DNA of 64,000 nucleotides from Rickettsiaceae bacterium (GTDB lineage Bacteria; Pseudomonadota; Alphaproteobacteria; Rickettsiales; Rickettsiaceae): NCBI GenBank assembly GCA_049739405.1, contig JBMGNO010000002.1, positions 619 to 64,618 of the forward strand, read 5' to 3'. Shown piece by piece: positions 1 to 10,221 of this stretch (position 1 is its first letter; each line of letters starts with the position of its first letter). The notes under the pieces were generated by a model. It saw only the letters and a program-made list of their open reading frames with translations, ran no database searches and was not told where the DNA came from. The position numbers and the translations under genes were made by a program.

Positions 1-1533
1 AACATTAGTAGAAAAAAAACAAATTATACCGAATAAAGTGATTACTTTATTATTAGTCGGCATTTGTTCTACTAGATAGTTGAAAAAGCTAAATTTTTTT
101 TTGTTTAAATCAATATTATTTAATTCATCACTATACTCTTCTGTAGATGAATTACGTTTGACCCATCCACCTTCTTGCCCTAAGATATAATGACTACCAA
201 ATAAAAATAAGCAATTAACTAACATTGCCGGAATAATTGCATCTAAGCCTAAAAACAAAAAAGATAAGGATGTAATAAGGCTAGCAGCCATAGCAATTAA
301 AACACATTTTTCTGTTGTCCTAAATCCTAAAATTGCAAACATAAGCGGTGCATTAACAATAGGCATATAGAAACTAGCAGTAGTTAAAATTATATCTAAT
401 AGATTATTACTGTAAAGCGCTATAATTAAAGCTAATGATCCTAAAATAATTGAGTATAGTCTTGCATAAATCAACCCAGCTTTATCTGATAATTTGCTAA
501 AATAGTTATGTACACTGACAACCAAAACTGAAGATGAATTCATGTTTGAATCAGCTGTTGACATAATCATAGCAATAACCCCAATTATAACTAAACCCTT
601 TGTTCCACTATTAAGGTATTTATCTGCCACGTAATAAAACACCTTATTGGCTTCTAAATTAGGATTGTCATAATGTATTATCATTACTAATAAAATCGTA
701 AACAAAACTATTATTACGCACGCAACAAAAGCCAAATTAAAGGATGATTTTACTTGCTTAATATCTTTAGCTAACAAAATTCTTTGAAAAATCTCTGGTG
801 GAAAATTAGGAAATGTAAAATAAAACAAGAGCGTAAGGAATGACCAAAATTGTACATTTTGATAGTCGAATATTCTATTAAAATCAACAAAGTGTGAACC
901 CTTAATATAGCCTGTCAAGCTTGCTACATCCGTATTTTGTAATAACAAAAATAGCAATAGTGGTAATATAACAGTAAATGTCAAAAACTGAATTAAATCC
1001 GTAATTGTTACTGATTTAATTCCACCGAAAGAAGAATATAATATAACTATCACGCTACTAATTATTAAATTATAATTTCCTTCAAAAGGTAAAAAATAGT
1101 CAAACAATGTACCAAAAATTTTAAACTGAACGGCTACCATTCCTAAACAACTAATTGCTCCAGTCATGGCAGTTATCAATTCAACTCTAGGACCATAGAG
1201 TTTTTTCATAGCTTCAGCAACTGATATAGTGCCTAAAAATTCCTGCATTTTAGGAATGAAAAAGTAGTTCATAACTAAAAACATCGAGGGAAATGCAAGA
1301 TATGCTAATACAACTGGTGCACCATCAACATACATTTTTTCTATACTTACAAATAAGAAACTTCCGCTAATCCATGTAGCAACAAGAGTAGCTGTAATTT
1401 TAGCGGTTGTAAACTGCCTGTTGCCAACTGCAAACTCTTTCAAGCTTACTAGTTTTGAACCCTTTGATAAACCGACTACAAGGGTTAAAAATAAAAAAGC
1501 AACAACAATGGCAATGTCTATATCAAAAGGCAT
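1..1533 (-). CDS. Sodium:solute symporter (SSS/PutP-like) family membrane protein, 3' end runs off the window; may be the N-terminal domain of a sensor kinase
   Basis: Manual translation from ATG at 1533: MPFDIDIAIVVAFLFLTLVVGLSKG..KEFAVGNRQFTTAKITATLVATWISGS; later IAMIMSTADSNMNSSSVLV. These are SSS signatures. Absent from the ORF track because it has no stop in the window. Confidence 0.8.
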   Translation of the reverse strand, partial: MPFDIDIAIVVAFLFLTLVVGLSKGSKLVSLKEFAVGNRQFTTAKITATLVATWISGSFLFVSIEKMYVDGAPVVLAYLAFPSMFLVMNYFFIPKMQEFLGTISVAEAMKKLYGPRVELITAMTGAISCLGMVAVQFKIFGTLFDYFLPFEGNYNLIISSVIVILYSSFGGIKSVTITDLIQFLTFTVILPLLLFLLLQNTDVASLTGYIKGSHFVDFNRIFDYQNVQFWSFLTLLFYFTFPNFPPEIFQRILLAKDIKQVKSSFNLAFVACVIIVLFTILLVMIIHYDNPNLEANKVFYYVADKYLNSGTKGLVIIGVIAMIMSTADSNMNSSSVLVVSVHNYFSKLSDKAGLIYARLYSIILGSLALIIALYSNNLLDIILTTASFYMPIVNAPLMFAILGFRTTEKCVLIAMAASLITSLSFLFLGLDAIIPAMLVNCLFLFGSHYILGQEGGWVKRNSSTEEYSDELNNIDLNKKKFSFFNYLVEQMPTNNKVITLFGIICFFSTNV

Positions 1534-1670
1534 GTTAGTTTTCGGTCTATTAATTAAAATAAAATCAACCTGTAAGATATATTAACAAATGTTTAAAGGC
1601 AAGTATTAATTAATTTGCTATAACAAAAATTATATAAAATTCGTATTGTTGCATGATTTTTGGGTGCTTT

Positions 1671-2090
1671 TTAAGGTAGTATTTTCCAGTGTTTTTGTTT
1701 ATAATCAAACTGCAGAAAATAATTTTGTTCGGGGCTGCATTTGAGGAGATAGGCATTTTCTGGTTTGCTAAATAAAGGTGCCTCATTAACATAATCGCAT
1801 TTTAAACCCTTTCTAAGAGCGAAATTATAAAAGCCTTGCCCTTCCATGTAAAATCTAAATTTACGTATGTATAGCTCGTTAAAACGCCACCTAGGGTTAA
1901 TATATTTCTGAACCAGAGGTGTAGCGCACAAAGATTTATCATTTTCATTAAGTGCATAGCATTGTAGATACTCCATCGAGACCTCAGGGAGAGCTGCCTT
2001 AGCATCGTTGATAGCTGCTTGCTGCACATCAATTGCTGTGCCTTGAGCTGATGAAATTAATGCCAGAAGTAAGATTATTGTTTTTTTCAT
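1671..2090 (-). CDS. Hypothetical exported protein (signal peptide, 4 Cys)
   Basis: 139-aa ORF beginning MKKTIILLLALISSAQG (signal-peptide-like). Confidence 0.6.
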   Translation of the reverse strand: MKKTIILLLALISSAQGTAIDVQQAAINDAKAALPEVSMEYLQCYALNENDKSLCATPLVQKYINPRWRFNELYIRKFRFYMEGQGFYNFALRKGLKCDYVNEAPLFSKPENAYLLKCSPEQNYFLQFDYKQKHWKILP

Positions 2091-2142
2091 AATATTTTGT
2101 TGTTTGGTTTTAGTTTCCAGACTCCCGTTGTCTTCAGTTGTT

Positions 2143-2174
2143 CTAGATCTGGCGAATCAAGCCCGAACATGACA
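2143..2174. repeat. Degenerate Rickettsia palindromic element (RPE/REP-like)
   Basis: CTAGATCTGGCGAATCAAGCCCGAACATGACA, ending in the ATGAC typical of Rickettsiaceae palindromic repeats. Confidence 0.4.
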
Positions 2175-2312
2175 TCGAAGAGAGAAGAAACGCACGTTTC
2201 AACTGGCACCATTGCTTACAAGCACTAATAACCATAAAACGCTGTGAATATAAGGGGTTGGTCTTCACCCGAGAAAAAATACGTTAGTACTTTTGTGGTA
2301 GTTATCCATTTA

Positions 2313-2354
2313 TGGATACCACGCTTCGCCAGGAAGTGGCTCGCTCGTTATGAC
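2313..2354. repeat. RPE/REP-like element
   Basis: TGGATACCACGC...GCTCGTTATGAC resembles the GATTGCCACG...GCTCGCAATGAC class; GC-rich in AT-rich spacer. Confidence 0.45.
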
Positions 2355-2362
2355 TATAACCT

Positions 2363-2632
2363 TCAATCCTTTTGCCCTTTGCGTAAAAGCCTGAGTTCTT
2401 CTGCGTTATTATCAAGCATTGATTTGATATCACTCCGGTCTTGTTCACTCATATCCCCGAGAATGAAATAATAAATTGCCGATAAACCTTGTTCATCAGT
2501 GGTTAATGGGTCAATCCCTTGATCAACAATTTCCTGAAAAACTGTGAAATTGCCATCCTTGGCTGCTTGGAATAATTGCTGCTCTGATTTGCTGAGTTGT
2601 CTTGTAGGCTGCGGTTTTGTTGGTGTTTGCAT
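2363..2632 (-). CDS. Small ankyrin-repeat-like protein (89 aa)
   Basis: ATG at 2632 preceded by RBS GAGGAG; LFQAAKDGNFTVFQEIVDQGIDPLTTDEQGLSAIYY matches an ankyrin repeat. Confidence 0.6.
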   Translation of the reverse strand: MQTPTKPQPTRQLSKSEQQLFQAAKDGNFTVFQEIVDQGIDPLTTDEQGLSAIYYFILGDMSEQDRSDIKSMLDNNAEELRLLRKGQKD

Positions 2633-2659
2633 TTTGTCTTCTCCTCGTTTTATTAAACA

Positions 2660-2887
2660 AAGGATCTCAAGGATTTGTTTGAGATCCGTTATCGGGGAGT
2701 TCGAAAACTGCTTTAGACCAGTTATGATAATCTTTAAGCGCGAACGCTCTGGACATGCACTATCATCTCCCCGACCTTTAGATATCAAATCTTGTTCAGT
2801 CGAGGATTATTGATTTAATGGCTAATAATACCATCTAAAGTTTAGGTTTCGACACCCCAGAGCCTTCAACATTTATTAAAAACTCCG
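2660..2887 (-). ncRNA. Structured 5' leader resembling phage c4 antisense RNA elements
   Basis: Complementary blocks on the minus transcript: TCGAAAC..CTTTAGA vs TCTAAAG..GTTTTCGA; GCTCTGG/CCAGAGC; TCGGGGAG/CTCCCCGA; hairpin at 2662-2687. Confidence 0.5.
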
Positions 2888-2893
2888 AGATTG

Positions 2894-2922
2894 ATTCTAC
2901 CGCTAGTTTTTATCAAAGTCAA
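2894..2922 (-). promoter_or_regulatory. Sigma70 promoter
   Basis: TTGACT-17 bp-TAGAAT on the minus strand. Confidence 0.7.
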
Positions 2923-2940
2923 GTTTATTACTGCTTTTTT

Positions 2941-3023
2941 CTAGATTACCGCCTTCGCGGTAATGACAGCACAAGATACTGCAAACTGGTTTTTCTAGCG
3001 ATTCCTGCTTGCGCGGGAATAAC
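2941..3023. repeat. Two RPE/REP-like hairpins
   Basis: CTAGATTACCGC-CTTC-GCGGTAATGACA (perfect 8-bp stem) and GATTCCTGC-TTGC-GCGGGAATAAC. Confidence 0.65.
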
Positions 3024-3042
3024 GTCCGCCTGTTGCAAATAA

Positions 3043-3120
3043 CCTCAACTCGACATAGAAGGAATAACCTCTTTTTAACTATAAACTTATACCCCTCTAA
3101 ATCCTTACGTTGAGTTGAGG
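3043..3120. repeat. MITE-like element with terminal inverted repeats
   Basis: CCTCAACTCGACATA ... TACGTTGAGTTGAGG (13/15 complementary). Confidence 0.5.
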
Positions 3121-3177
3121 GTAACTTAATTTACTATATCACTCAATAAAGGGTTAAGAAGAATTTTGGCGCACCGA

Positions 3178-3891
3178 CTAATTTACTGAACATAACATAT
3201 GCTGATAAAATTTCTCACGCGAGGTCGGTGGCTCCTTATTAATCAAGATGTAGCGATTAATAAAATAGCTCGTAGTTTTCTTAGCCTCTTTTATTTCTAA
3301 ATAATTCGGCTCTGTATCTTTAATCAAAAATTGTGGTAATGGTAATAACTTTTCAGCAAAGGGTTCCCCTGATTGCCTTGAAACAGCACGTCCAGATTTT
3401 GGTGATATATAGTGCAAATCCTCACTTTTTCCCGTATCGGCACATTTATTTAATTGTAGCTGATAGCCTGATTCCTCCAAAATTCTCAACTCAAAATCAA
3501 TGTATTTTTTGACCGAAAACTCACCTTTAAATGAATCAATTAATTCTAGCAAGCTTGGAAATAGGTCATTATGCGGCTCCCTTTCACAAAATGCCAGTTG
3601 TAAAATAGATATAATAGAGTTAAAAGCATATAGTTTTGTTTTATTACCAATAATATATGCATTATAAGATTTAATAAGCTCTACCTTGGCATACCCCAAA
3701 TGTTCATGCAGTCTTGCATTCCACATGAAGTCAACTAGGTTGCCTGCAACTAAATTATCACCCATTTTCTTTGAAAATTGTTTAATAACGCCTGAATATA
3801 TCCCATGATTCTTGGTAAATACAGTAATGACATAGCGATTATCTTGGAGAAATCTTTTTGCAATAATAATGCCTTGGTCCTTAAAATTCAT
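3178..3891 (-). CDS. recO: DNA repair protein RecO
   Basis: N-terminal DQGIII..VFTKNHG OB fold; CADTG..LHYISPKSGRAVS motif. Confidence 0.92.
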   Translation of the reverse strand: MNFKDQGIIIAKRFLQDNRYVITVFTKNHGIYSGVIKQFSKKMGDNLVAGNLVDFMWNARLHEHLGYAKVELIKSYNAYIIGNKTKLYAFNSIISILQLAFCEREPHNDLFPSLLELIDSFKGEFSVKKYIDFELRILEESGYQLQLNKCADTGKSEDLHYISPKSGRAVSRQSGEPFAEKLLPLPQFLIKDTEPNYLEIKEAKKTTSYFINRYILINKEPPTSREKFYQHMLCSVN

Positions 3892-3945
3892 TGCATCAGC
3901 TTTTTATAAAACATATATTATCACTATATAGTAAAGCGTAAAATT

Positions 3946-4464
3946 ATGACACATAAAATTATTAAATATAAAAATACTAACCCTCTCATTGACCAGCAAA
4001 GTTTCATTGCCCAAGGGGTGGTGGTTGCCGGAGATGTAGAGATTAAATCAGGGGCGAATATTTGGTTCAATAGCGTCTTGCGCGGTGATGTTGCTAAAAT
4101 TACTATCGGTTATAATACTAATATTCAAGATGGTAGCGTTATCCATACTTCGCGCTTTGCAGATGGATCGACCATTATTGGTGACCGTGTCACTGTGGGG
4201 CATATGGCTCTTTTGCACGCTTGCACAATTGAAGATGATAGTTTTATTGGTATGAAATCAGTTGTGATGGATAATGCCGTGATTGAGGCTGGGGCTTTTA
4301 TCGGTGCTGGTAGTTTAGTTCCACCTGGAAAAATTATCAGAAAAAATGAGCTCTGGGTGGGGTCACCGGCAAAATATATTCGCATGGTCAGTGATGAAGA
4401 AAAAAAGTTTATGCAAGAAAATTGGCAAAATTATTTACAATTAGCAGACGATTATAAAGGCTAA
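3946..4464 (+). CDS. Gamma carbonic anhydrase family protein (YrdA-like)
   Basis: IWFNSVLRGD, NIQDGSVIH, VTVGHMALLHAC hexapeptide motifs. Confidence 0.9.
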   Translation: MTHKIIKYKNTNPLIDQQSFIAQGVVVAGDVEIKSGANIWFNSVLRGDVAKITIGYNTNIQDGSVIHTSRFADGSTIIGDRVTVGHMALLHACTIEDDSFIGMKSVVMDNAVIEAGAFIGAGSLVPPGKIIRKNELWVGSPAKYIRMVSDEEKKFMQENWQNYLQLADDYKG

Positions 4465-4546
4465 TTTGAATTTTTTGTTTTATAGCGCAATGATTTATGT
4501 TATAGATTATTATAGTAAATTTAATTTGTAATAGGGTATAGTAAAT

Positions 4547-4993
4547 ATGGCTGGTAGCTTGAATAAAGTAACATTAATTGGTAATTTGGGTCGTGATCCA
4601 GAAATAAGAAGCACAAGTGATGGACGCGAAATCGCTAATTTTAGCATTGCAACAACCGAAAGCTGGAAAGATAAAATGACCGGCGAAAAAAAAGAGAAAA
4701 CTGAATGGCATCGCGTAGTTGCATTTTCAGAAGGGTTAGTGCGCGTTATCAAGAACTACGTCAAAAAAGGTACTAAACTATATATTGAAGGTCAACTACA
4801 AACTAGAAAATGGGTTGATAATGAAAATGTTGAAAAATATACCACAGAAGTGGTTCTACAAAACTATAACTCGACATTAATACTGCTTGACTCAAGAGGC
4901 GAACCGGTTGGTAATTTCGACCAACCATCAAAACCAAGTAAGCCTGCGCCGAATTTTGATAATAGTGAACTTGATGACGAAATTCCTTTTTAA
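4547..4993 (+). CDS. ssb: Single-stranded DNA-binding protein
   Basis: NKVTLIGNLGRDPE, TEWHRVV, C-terminal DDEIPF. Confidence 0.98.
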   Translation: MAGSLNKVTLIGNLGRDPEIRSTSDGREIANFSIATTESWKDKMTGEKKEKTEWHRVVAFSEGLVRVIKNYVKKGTKLYIEGQLQTRKWVDNENVEKYTTEVVLQNYNSTLILLDSRGEPVGNFDQPSKPSKPAPNFDNSELDDEIPF

Positions 4994-5783
4994 TTCTATT
5001 ATATTATTTCTCCTGTCTGGTTGCGCTAGTTTAACCTCCAGACAGGACCCCCGAAACATTAATGGCTTATCACAATTTGAAAAGTCACTTGTGAAAACTG
5101 ATGAATTTGTCATTACTACATACCAAAAAATCAACTCCAATAGCTCACCTTATGTTTTTTATATAGAAGGTGATGGAGCAATTATGCGAGGCCGAAGCAT
5201 AGCCTCTGACCCCACACCGCGCCAAGGAACATTATTAAAATTAATGGCAATGGATCAACGCCCTAATATCATATATCTGGCAAGACCCTGTCAATTTACG
5301 AATACAAAGTTAAACCCAAAATGTACTAATAATACTTACTGGACCGATAAAAGATTGTCAGAAGAAGTCATTGGTAGCCTGAATCAGGTCATAAATAAAA
5401 CTAATAGCAGTCAAAAATTTAGCTTGATTGGCTATTCTGGCGGAGGCGCCGCTGCATTACTAATCGCTGCGCGTAACAAACGGGTTAAAGACATCATAAC
5501 CATCGTAGCAAATATTGACACCGAAGCTTTTGTAAAGCATCATAAATCCCGGCTAATGCATGGCTCATTAAATCCACGCGATTTTATACAACAAACAAAA
5601 CATATCCCGCAAATGCACTTAAGCGGTGAGTATGATCGCATAGTACCGACTGATATTGCGGCAAAATATATACAAAAAGCAAATTCTAAGTGCGTTAAGA
5701 TGCAAATAATCAAGGGCGCCACGCACTCCAAAGGATGGAAGGGTTTTTGGCTAGATTATAATAAAGCACCAATCTGTGATTAA
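4974..5783 (+). CDS. Alpha/beta hydrolase lipoprotein
   Basis: Likely start at ATG 4974; lipobox LLSGC; YIEGDG; nucleophile motif GYSGG; D and H catalytic candidates. Confidence 0.8.
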   Translation: MTKFLFNSIILFLLSGCASLTSRQDPRNINGLSQFEKSLVKTDEFVITTYQKINSNSSPYVFYIEGDGAIMRGRSIASDPTPRQGTLLKLMAMDQRPNIIYLARPCQFTNTKLNPKCTNNTYWTDKRLSEEVIGSLNQVINKTNSSQKFSLIGYSGGGAAALLIAARNKRVKDIITIVANIDTEAFVKHHKSRLMHGSLNPRDFIQQTKHIPQMHLSGEYDRIVPTDIAAKYIQKANSKCVKMQIIKGATHSKGWKGFWLDYNKAPICD

Positions 5784-5812
5784 GGCTTTAATCAAAAAGA
5801 TATAGTAAATTA

Positions 5813-5917
5813 GGCGTTGCTAAATAACAGTTGATATGGAGCAAGAGGTTAGTCATTCTGTGAAAAAGGTTTTTTATAAACGGTTAATTGCAAGGTTTAA
5901 TCGTAAAACCAAGAGGT
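5813..5917 (+). mobile_element. Internally deleted IS1-family remnant
   Basis: Near-identical to the left end of IS 12836-13621, fused at TTGCAAGGTTT to sequence from ~13507-13535. Confidence 0.85.
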
Positions 5918-5969
5918 ATATAGTAAATTAAACTGTAATGTTGTTGTTTTATAGAAAATATTTAATCAA

Positions 5970-6182
5970 TTAGCTGATGATTGTAAATTTTTTGCGCGCT
6001 GGAATAAATACATCACCCTCTGCAGGCTCTTCTTTTGGTAGTTTTTCCATAATGCCGGCATAATAATTACCATTACGCATTAAGCTCACAATGCTCCACC
6101 CTTCCTGCATTTCTTTAGCTATTTTATCGAGCTCGGTGGTGTTATCTAAAAATGATACTAATTTTTGTTCTCTTGCAGTCAT
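5970..6182 (-). CDS. Small conserved Rickettsiales hypothetical protein (DUF2674-like)
   Basis: 70-aa ORF: EGWSIVSL..NYYAGIMEK..IPARKK. Confidence 0.6.
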   Translation of the reverse strand: MTAREQKLVSFLDNTTELDKIAKEMQEGWSIVSLMRNGNYYAGIMEKLPKEEPAEGDVFIPARKKFTIIS

Positions 6183-6273
6183 AAAACGATTATTGGTGTA
6201 CTTATTTTAATAATAATTAACAATAGTTAGAAGTTTAACATATTATAAAAAATCACAATTAGCAAGTATTATA

Positions 6274-8697
6274 TTAATATATCTCTTGTGACTGATCATA
6301 ATCTTCTATTTTATCAAAAAGATCATCATCTGTTTGCTCTTCGGCATCAGGGATAATTTGGGTGTTCAAATCTATATTAATTTCATACTCTCCGCCCCTC
6401 AAATTACTATCATTATAGCCATCTTTTTTAAAAGCTTCATTTATTGAGCCTGGGCCATCATAAAATTCACCGCTCTCAGGATCAATTTTTTTAGTATAAA
6501 CCGAATCAGGAATATCAAAATCAACAGATGGTTCATTTATGTAAGTATTTTGCATAAAATGCACAAATACAGGTAATGCTACGGTTGCACCAGAAACCCT
6601 ATTACCCAAACTTCTTGGCTGATCATAGCCAATATATGTTCCAACAACGATCTTAGGTGTAAAACCCATAAACCACGTGTCTTTTGCATCGTTTGTTGTT
6701 CCAGTTTTACCAGCAACAATCTGCTTTAAGCGTTTGGCACCACGGCTAGTACCTCGTTCCACACCACCTCGCATTAACGAGATCATTTGATAGTTCGTTG
6801 CTGAGTCTATAATACGCTTGGATTGCGATTTATGTATTTTCGGCAATTCGTCTTCTTCAAAATTTTCTTCTGAAGCTGAGCAGTTGACACACTCGCTATA
6901 ATCTCGTTTATAAATCACATTACCAAAACGATCTTTAATCAGCTCAATGTAATGTGGATCTATTTTATAACCCCCATTTGCAATCTGGCCAGTAGCATTA
7001 GTCATCCGCGACAAAGTGGTTTCAAGAGCCCCCAGAACAATTGAGTGATATGGAGGGGGATTATCATTAACACCAAAGCGCTTAATTAATTCGCGAATAT
7101 TATCAAGACCAGCAAACTGACTCACCCTAACCGTAACAGTATTTCGTGACTTTGCCAGGCCTTGACGCAGGGTCATCGGGCCAAGAAAATTTCTTTCATA
7201 ATTTCTTGGTTCCCACAAAGGAAGCCCTGGTCCTTGTTCAATTGCAATTGGCGCATCCTCAAATATATCAGTTGGATGGGCCCCAGACTCGAGCGCGGCT
7301 AGATATATAAAAGGTTTGATAGAAGAACCAACTTGCCTTACAGCCTGCGTAGTACGATCGTATCTACTGCTATCAAAATCATACCCACCTTGAATAGCAA
7401 GAACCCGACCAGTATTATGATCCATAACCATTAGACCACCATTCACATCAGGAATTTGTTGCAGTTGGTACTCTTGTCCTTTTTTCTCAACAGTAACAAC
7501 TTGTCCTTGTTTTAAAATGCGGTGCAAGGAAGTGATATTAGTCGCTGTCCACTTCGCATCCTTTAAATAAATCTTGGATTTTGCGCCGTTTTTTAAACCT
7601 ATTTCCGCTTCTTCTTTATCAACAGATAATATTACTGCTAGCTTATAGTGCAACAAACCTACAGGGCGTTTTATCTTACTGAGATTTTCCTGCCAGTTAT
7701 CTAGCTCTATCTGCTTTGCGATTGGCCCGCGATAGCCCCGTTTCATATCATATTTTTTAATGCCATAGCGCAGTGATTCTGTAGCACCTTTTTGAATGTT
7801 TGAATCAAGGCAAGTGATGATAGTTAATCCAGCCGTATAAAAATATTCTTCATTAAACATAGAGATAACTTCCTGACGAACTTTAGACGCATAATAGTCA
7901 GCATCAATCGTCATCACTTTATCACGTTTTTTTAACGTAATATTCTCTTCTTTAGCTTCTTGTAATTGGTCAAACGATATAAAACCCTCTTCATGCATCC
8001 TGTCTAATACATAGTTTTTACGAATCATAGCACGTTCATAGTTGCGCGCTGGGTTAAATTTAGAAGGGGCTTTTGGCAATGATGCCAAAATTGCACATTC
8101 GCTTAGCGTTAATTCTTCAATCGACTTATTAAAATAGTTTAAAGAAGCCATTGCTACGCCATAAGACCCTTTACCTAAGAAAATCTGATTAAGGTATAAT
8201 TCCATTACTTTATCTTTAGAAAATACCTGAGTAATTCGATAAGACAAAATGGCCTCTTTGATTTTTCGATCTAAAGAGCGTTCTGATGATAATAAAAAGT
8301 TTTTTACAACTTGCTGAGTAATAGTTGAAGCACCCTCAACTCTTTTTCCTTTCAATATATTAGTAACATTAGTGCCTGCAGCTCTTATGATACTCAAAAA
8401 ATCTATACCTTCGTGGGTATAAAAATTCTTATCCTCTACCGCAACGAATGCTTGTACCAACTGCTTAGGTATAGAATCAATAGGAATAAAAACCCTTTTT
8501 TCACGAGCATATTCTTCAATCAATTTGCCATCAGAGGAGTATAATCTTGTAATAGATGCTGGGTAATATTGTTTTAATTTATCATGGTTTGGCAAATCCC
8601 TGCTATAATAAAATAAAATCGTAGCTAATGTAATGAAACCAACTGTTACTAGTAATATAAAATTCCTTAGCAGAAATTTAATCAAATTTAAAATCAT
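6274..8697 (-). CDS. mrcA: Penicillin-binding protein 1A (transglycosylase/transpeptidase)
   Basis: EDKNFYTHEG, GASTITQQVVKN, SSIK (SxxK), SRN, KTG motifs. Confidence 0.93.
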   Translation of the reverse strand: MILNLIKFLLRNFILLVTVGFITLATILFYYSRDLPNHDKLKQYYPASITRLYSSDGKLIEEYAREKRVFIPIDSIPKQLVQAFVAVEDKNFYTHEGIDFLSIIRAAGTNVTNILKGKRVEGASTITQQVVKNFLLSSERSLDRKIKEAILSYRITQVFSKDKVMELYLNQIFLGKGSYGVAMASLNYFNKSIEELTLSECAILASLPKAPSKFNPARNYERAMIRKNYVLDRMHEEGFISFDQLQEAKEENITLKKRDKVMTIDADYYASKVRQEVISMFNEEYFYTAGLTIITCLDSNIQKGATESLRYGIKKYDMKRGYRGPIAKQIELDNWQENLSKIKRPVGLLHYKLAVILSVDKEEAEIGLKNGAKSKIYLKDAKWTATNITSLHRILKQGQVVTVEKKGQEYQLQQIPDVNGGLMVMDHNTGRVLAIQGGYDFDSSRYDRTTQAVRQVGSSIKPFIYLAALESGAHPTDIFEDAPIAIEQGPGLPLWEPRNYERNFLGPMTLRQGLAKSRNTVTVRVSQFAGLDNIRELIKRFGVNDNPPPYHSIVLGALETTLSRMTNATGQIANGGYKIDPHYIELIKDRFGNVIYKRDYSECVNCSASEENFEEDELPKIHKSQSKRIIDSATNYQMISLMRGGVERGTSRGAKRLKQIVAGKTGTTNDAKDTWFMGFTPKIVVGTYIGYDQPRSLGNRVSGATVALPVFVHFMQNTYINEPSVDFDIPDSVYTKKIDPESGEFYDGPGSINEAFKKDGYNDSNLRGGEYEINIDLNTQIIPDAEEQTDDDLFDKIEDYDQSQEIY

Positions 8698-8792
8698 TCG
8701 TTCTTATTTTAATATTAATAGTAAGCTTAAGTTAGTGTTTCAACATTTTACAGGAAGATTATTGATAGATACGTAAACTTTAACCTCACTTA

Positions 8793-10124
8793 CTATATCT
8801 CACAAGCGACACTAGTTGCAAGAGCTTTTGTAACTTTAGCTTCGATAATTTTCCCAACCAACTCTTCACCCGCATTTTCAACATAAGCAGATTGCATATA
8901 AGGAGTTTTACCCACCATATGCCCCTCATGCTTACCCTTTCTTTCAAACAAGATTGGCATCACTTTACCTATTGATTGCTGATTAATCTCAAATTGCTGC
9001 CTAGATAACTCTGCTTGTAAAATAGCCAGCCTTTCAGTTTTAGCCTCGTCACTTACTTGCTGCATTGAAGCTCCTGGAGTACCTGGTCTTGGGCTATATT
9101 TAAACGAAAAGCATTGCCCATAGCCAATTCTTTTTACCAAATCTAATGTGTCAGCAAAATCCTCATCTGTTTCACCGGGGAAACCAATAATAAAATCGGA
9201 AGAAAGCACAATATCAGGCCTTGCTACGCGTAGTTTATCGATAATAGTAAAATATTCTTCTCTCGTATGCTTACGATTCATAGCTTTTAGTATTTTATTA
9301 GAACCAGATTGCACTGGCAAGTGCAAAAATGGCATTAATTTTGGCTCAGTCCCATGCAAAGCTATTAACTCATCATCCATATCACGTGGGTGAGAAGTAG
9401 TATAGCGGATACGCTCTAAGCCATTTATTGTTGATATATGCTGTATTAACTGCGACAAAGAGTAATCGCTATCATTATTAGCCTTACCGTGATACGCATT
9501 CACATTTTGACCTAATAAATAGATTTCCTTTGCGCCCTTTGCAACCATCTCCATAGATTCTCGGTGAATTTTTTCTACTGGCCTTGAAAACTCAGCCCCC
9601 CTGGTATAAGGAACAACACAGAATGTACAAAACTTATCGCAACCTTCTTGGACCGAAACAAAAGCACTCGGCCCCTGGGCCTCTTGAGGGGCCGATAAAT
9701 TATCAAACTTTTCTTCTTCAACAAAATCTAGTTCAATTAGATGCTTTTCCGATCTTGCAAGCTTTGCTACTAAATCTGGCAAAGTATGATACGATTGAGG
9801 CCCTACTACTATATCAACATAATGTGCACGTTTAAAAATAGCTTCACCCTCTGCTTGTCCAACGCACCCTGCAACGGCAATAATCATATCACCTTTACCT
9901 TGTGATAGCCTTTTATCTTTCATTTTTTTAATACGCCCTAGCTCTGAATATACTTTTTCCGAAGCTTTTTCACGAATATGGCAAGTGTTCAAGATCACCA
10001 TATCGGCATCTTCAAGGTCTTTTGTCTCTTGAAAACCAAATGGTACTAGTAATTCTTGCATTTTGATTGAATCATACACATTCATTTGACAGCCATATGT
10101 TTTGATATATAGATTTTTCGACAT
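8793..10124 (-). CDS. miaB: tRNA-2-methylthio-N6-dimethylallyladenosine synthase
   Basis: [19 protein letters not shown] radical SAM motif, TRAM domain. Confidence 0.97.
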   Translation of the reverse strand: MSKNLYIKTYGCQMNVYDSIKMQELLVPFGFQETKDLEDADMVILNTCHIREKASEKVYSELGRIKKMKDKRLSQGKGDMIIAVAGCVGQAEGEAIFKRAHYVDIVVGPQSYHTLPDLVAKLARSEKHLIELDFVEEEKFDNLSAPQEAQGPSAFVSVQEGCDKFCTFCVVPYTRGAEFSRPVEKIHRESMEMVAKGAKEIYLLGQNVNAYHGKANNDSDYSLSQLIQHISTINGLERIRYTTSHPRDMDDELIALHGTEPKLMPFLHLPVQSGSNKILKAMNRKHTREEYFTIIDKLRVARPDIVLSSDFIIGFPGETDEDFADTLDLVKRIGYGQCFSFKYSPRPGTPGASMQQVSDEAKTERLAILQAELSRQQFEINQQSIGKVMPILFERKGKHEGHMVGKTPYMQSAYVENAGEELVGKIIEAKVTKALATSVACEI

Positions 10125-10221
10125 TTTTTTATAAATTATTTATATTATCATTGATAAAAACTTATCGGGAATATATCATATGTTTGAAAAAATTAACAGA
10201 AAATAATCAGGCGGTTTAACA

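Noticed and set aside
1582-1596. TTAA-N7-TTAA CtrA-like box (another at 49303-49317)
   Set aside because: Expected by chance in such AT-rich DNA; no independent support
2633-2788. N-terminal extension of the 141-aa ORF 2363-2788
   Set aside because: It overlaps the structured leader, and a strong RBS precedes ATG 2632; a translated leader cannot be fully excluded
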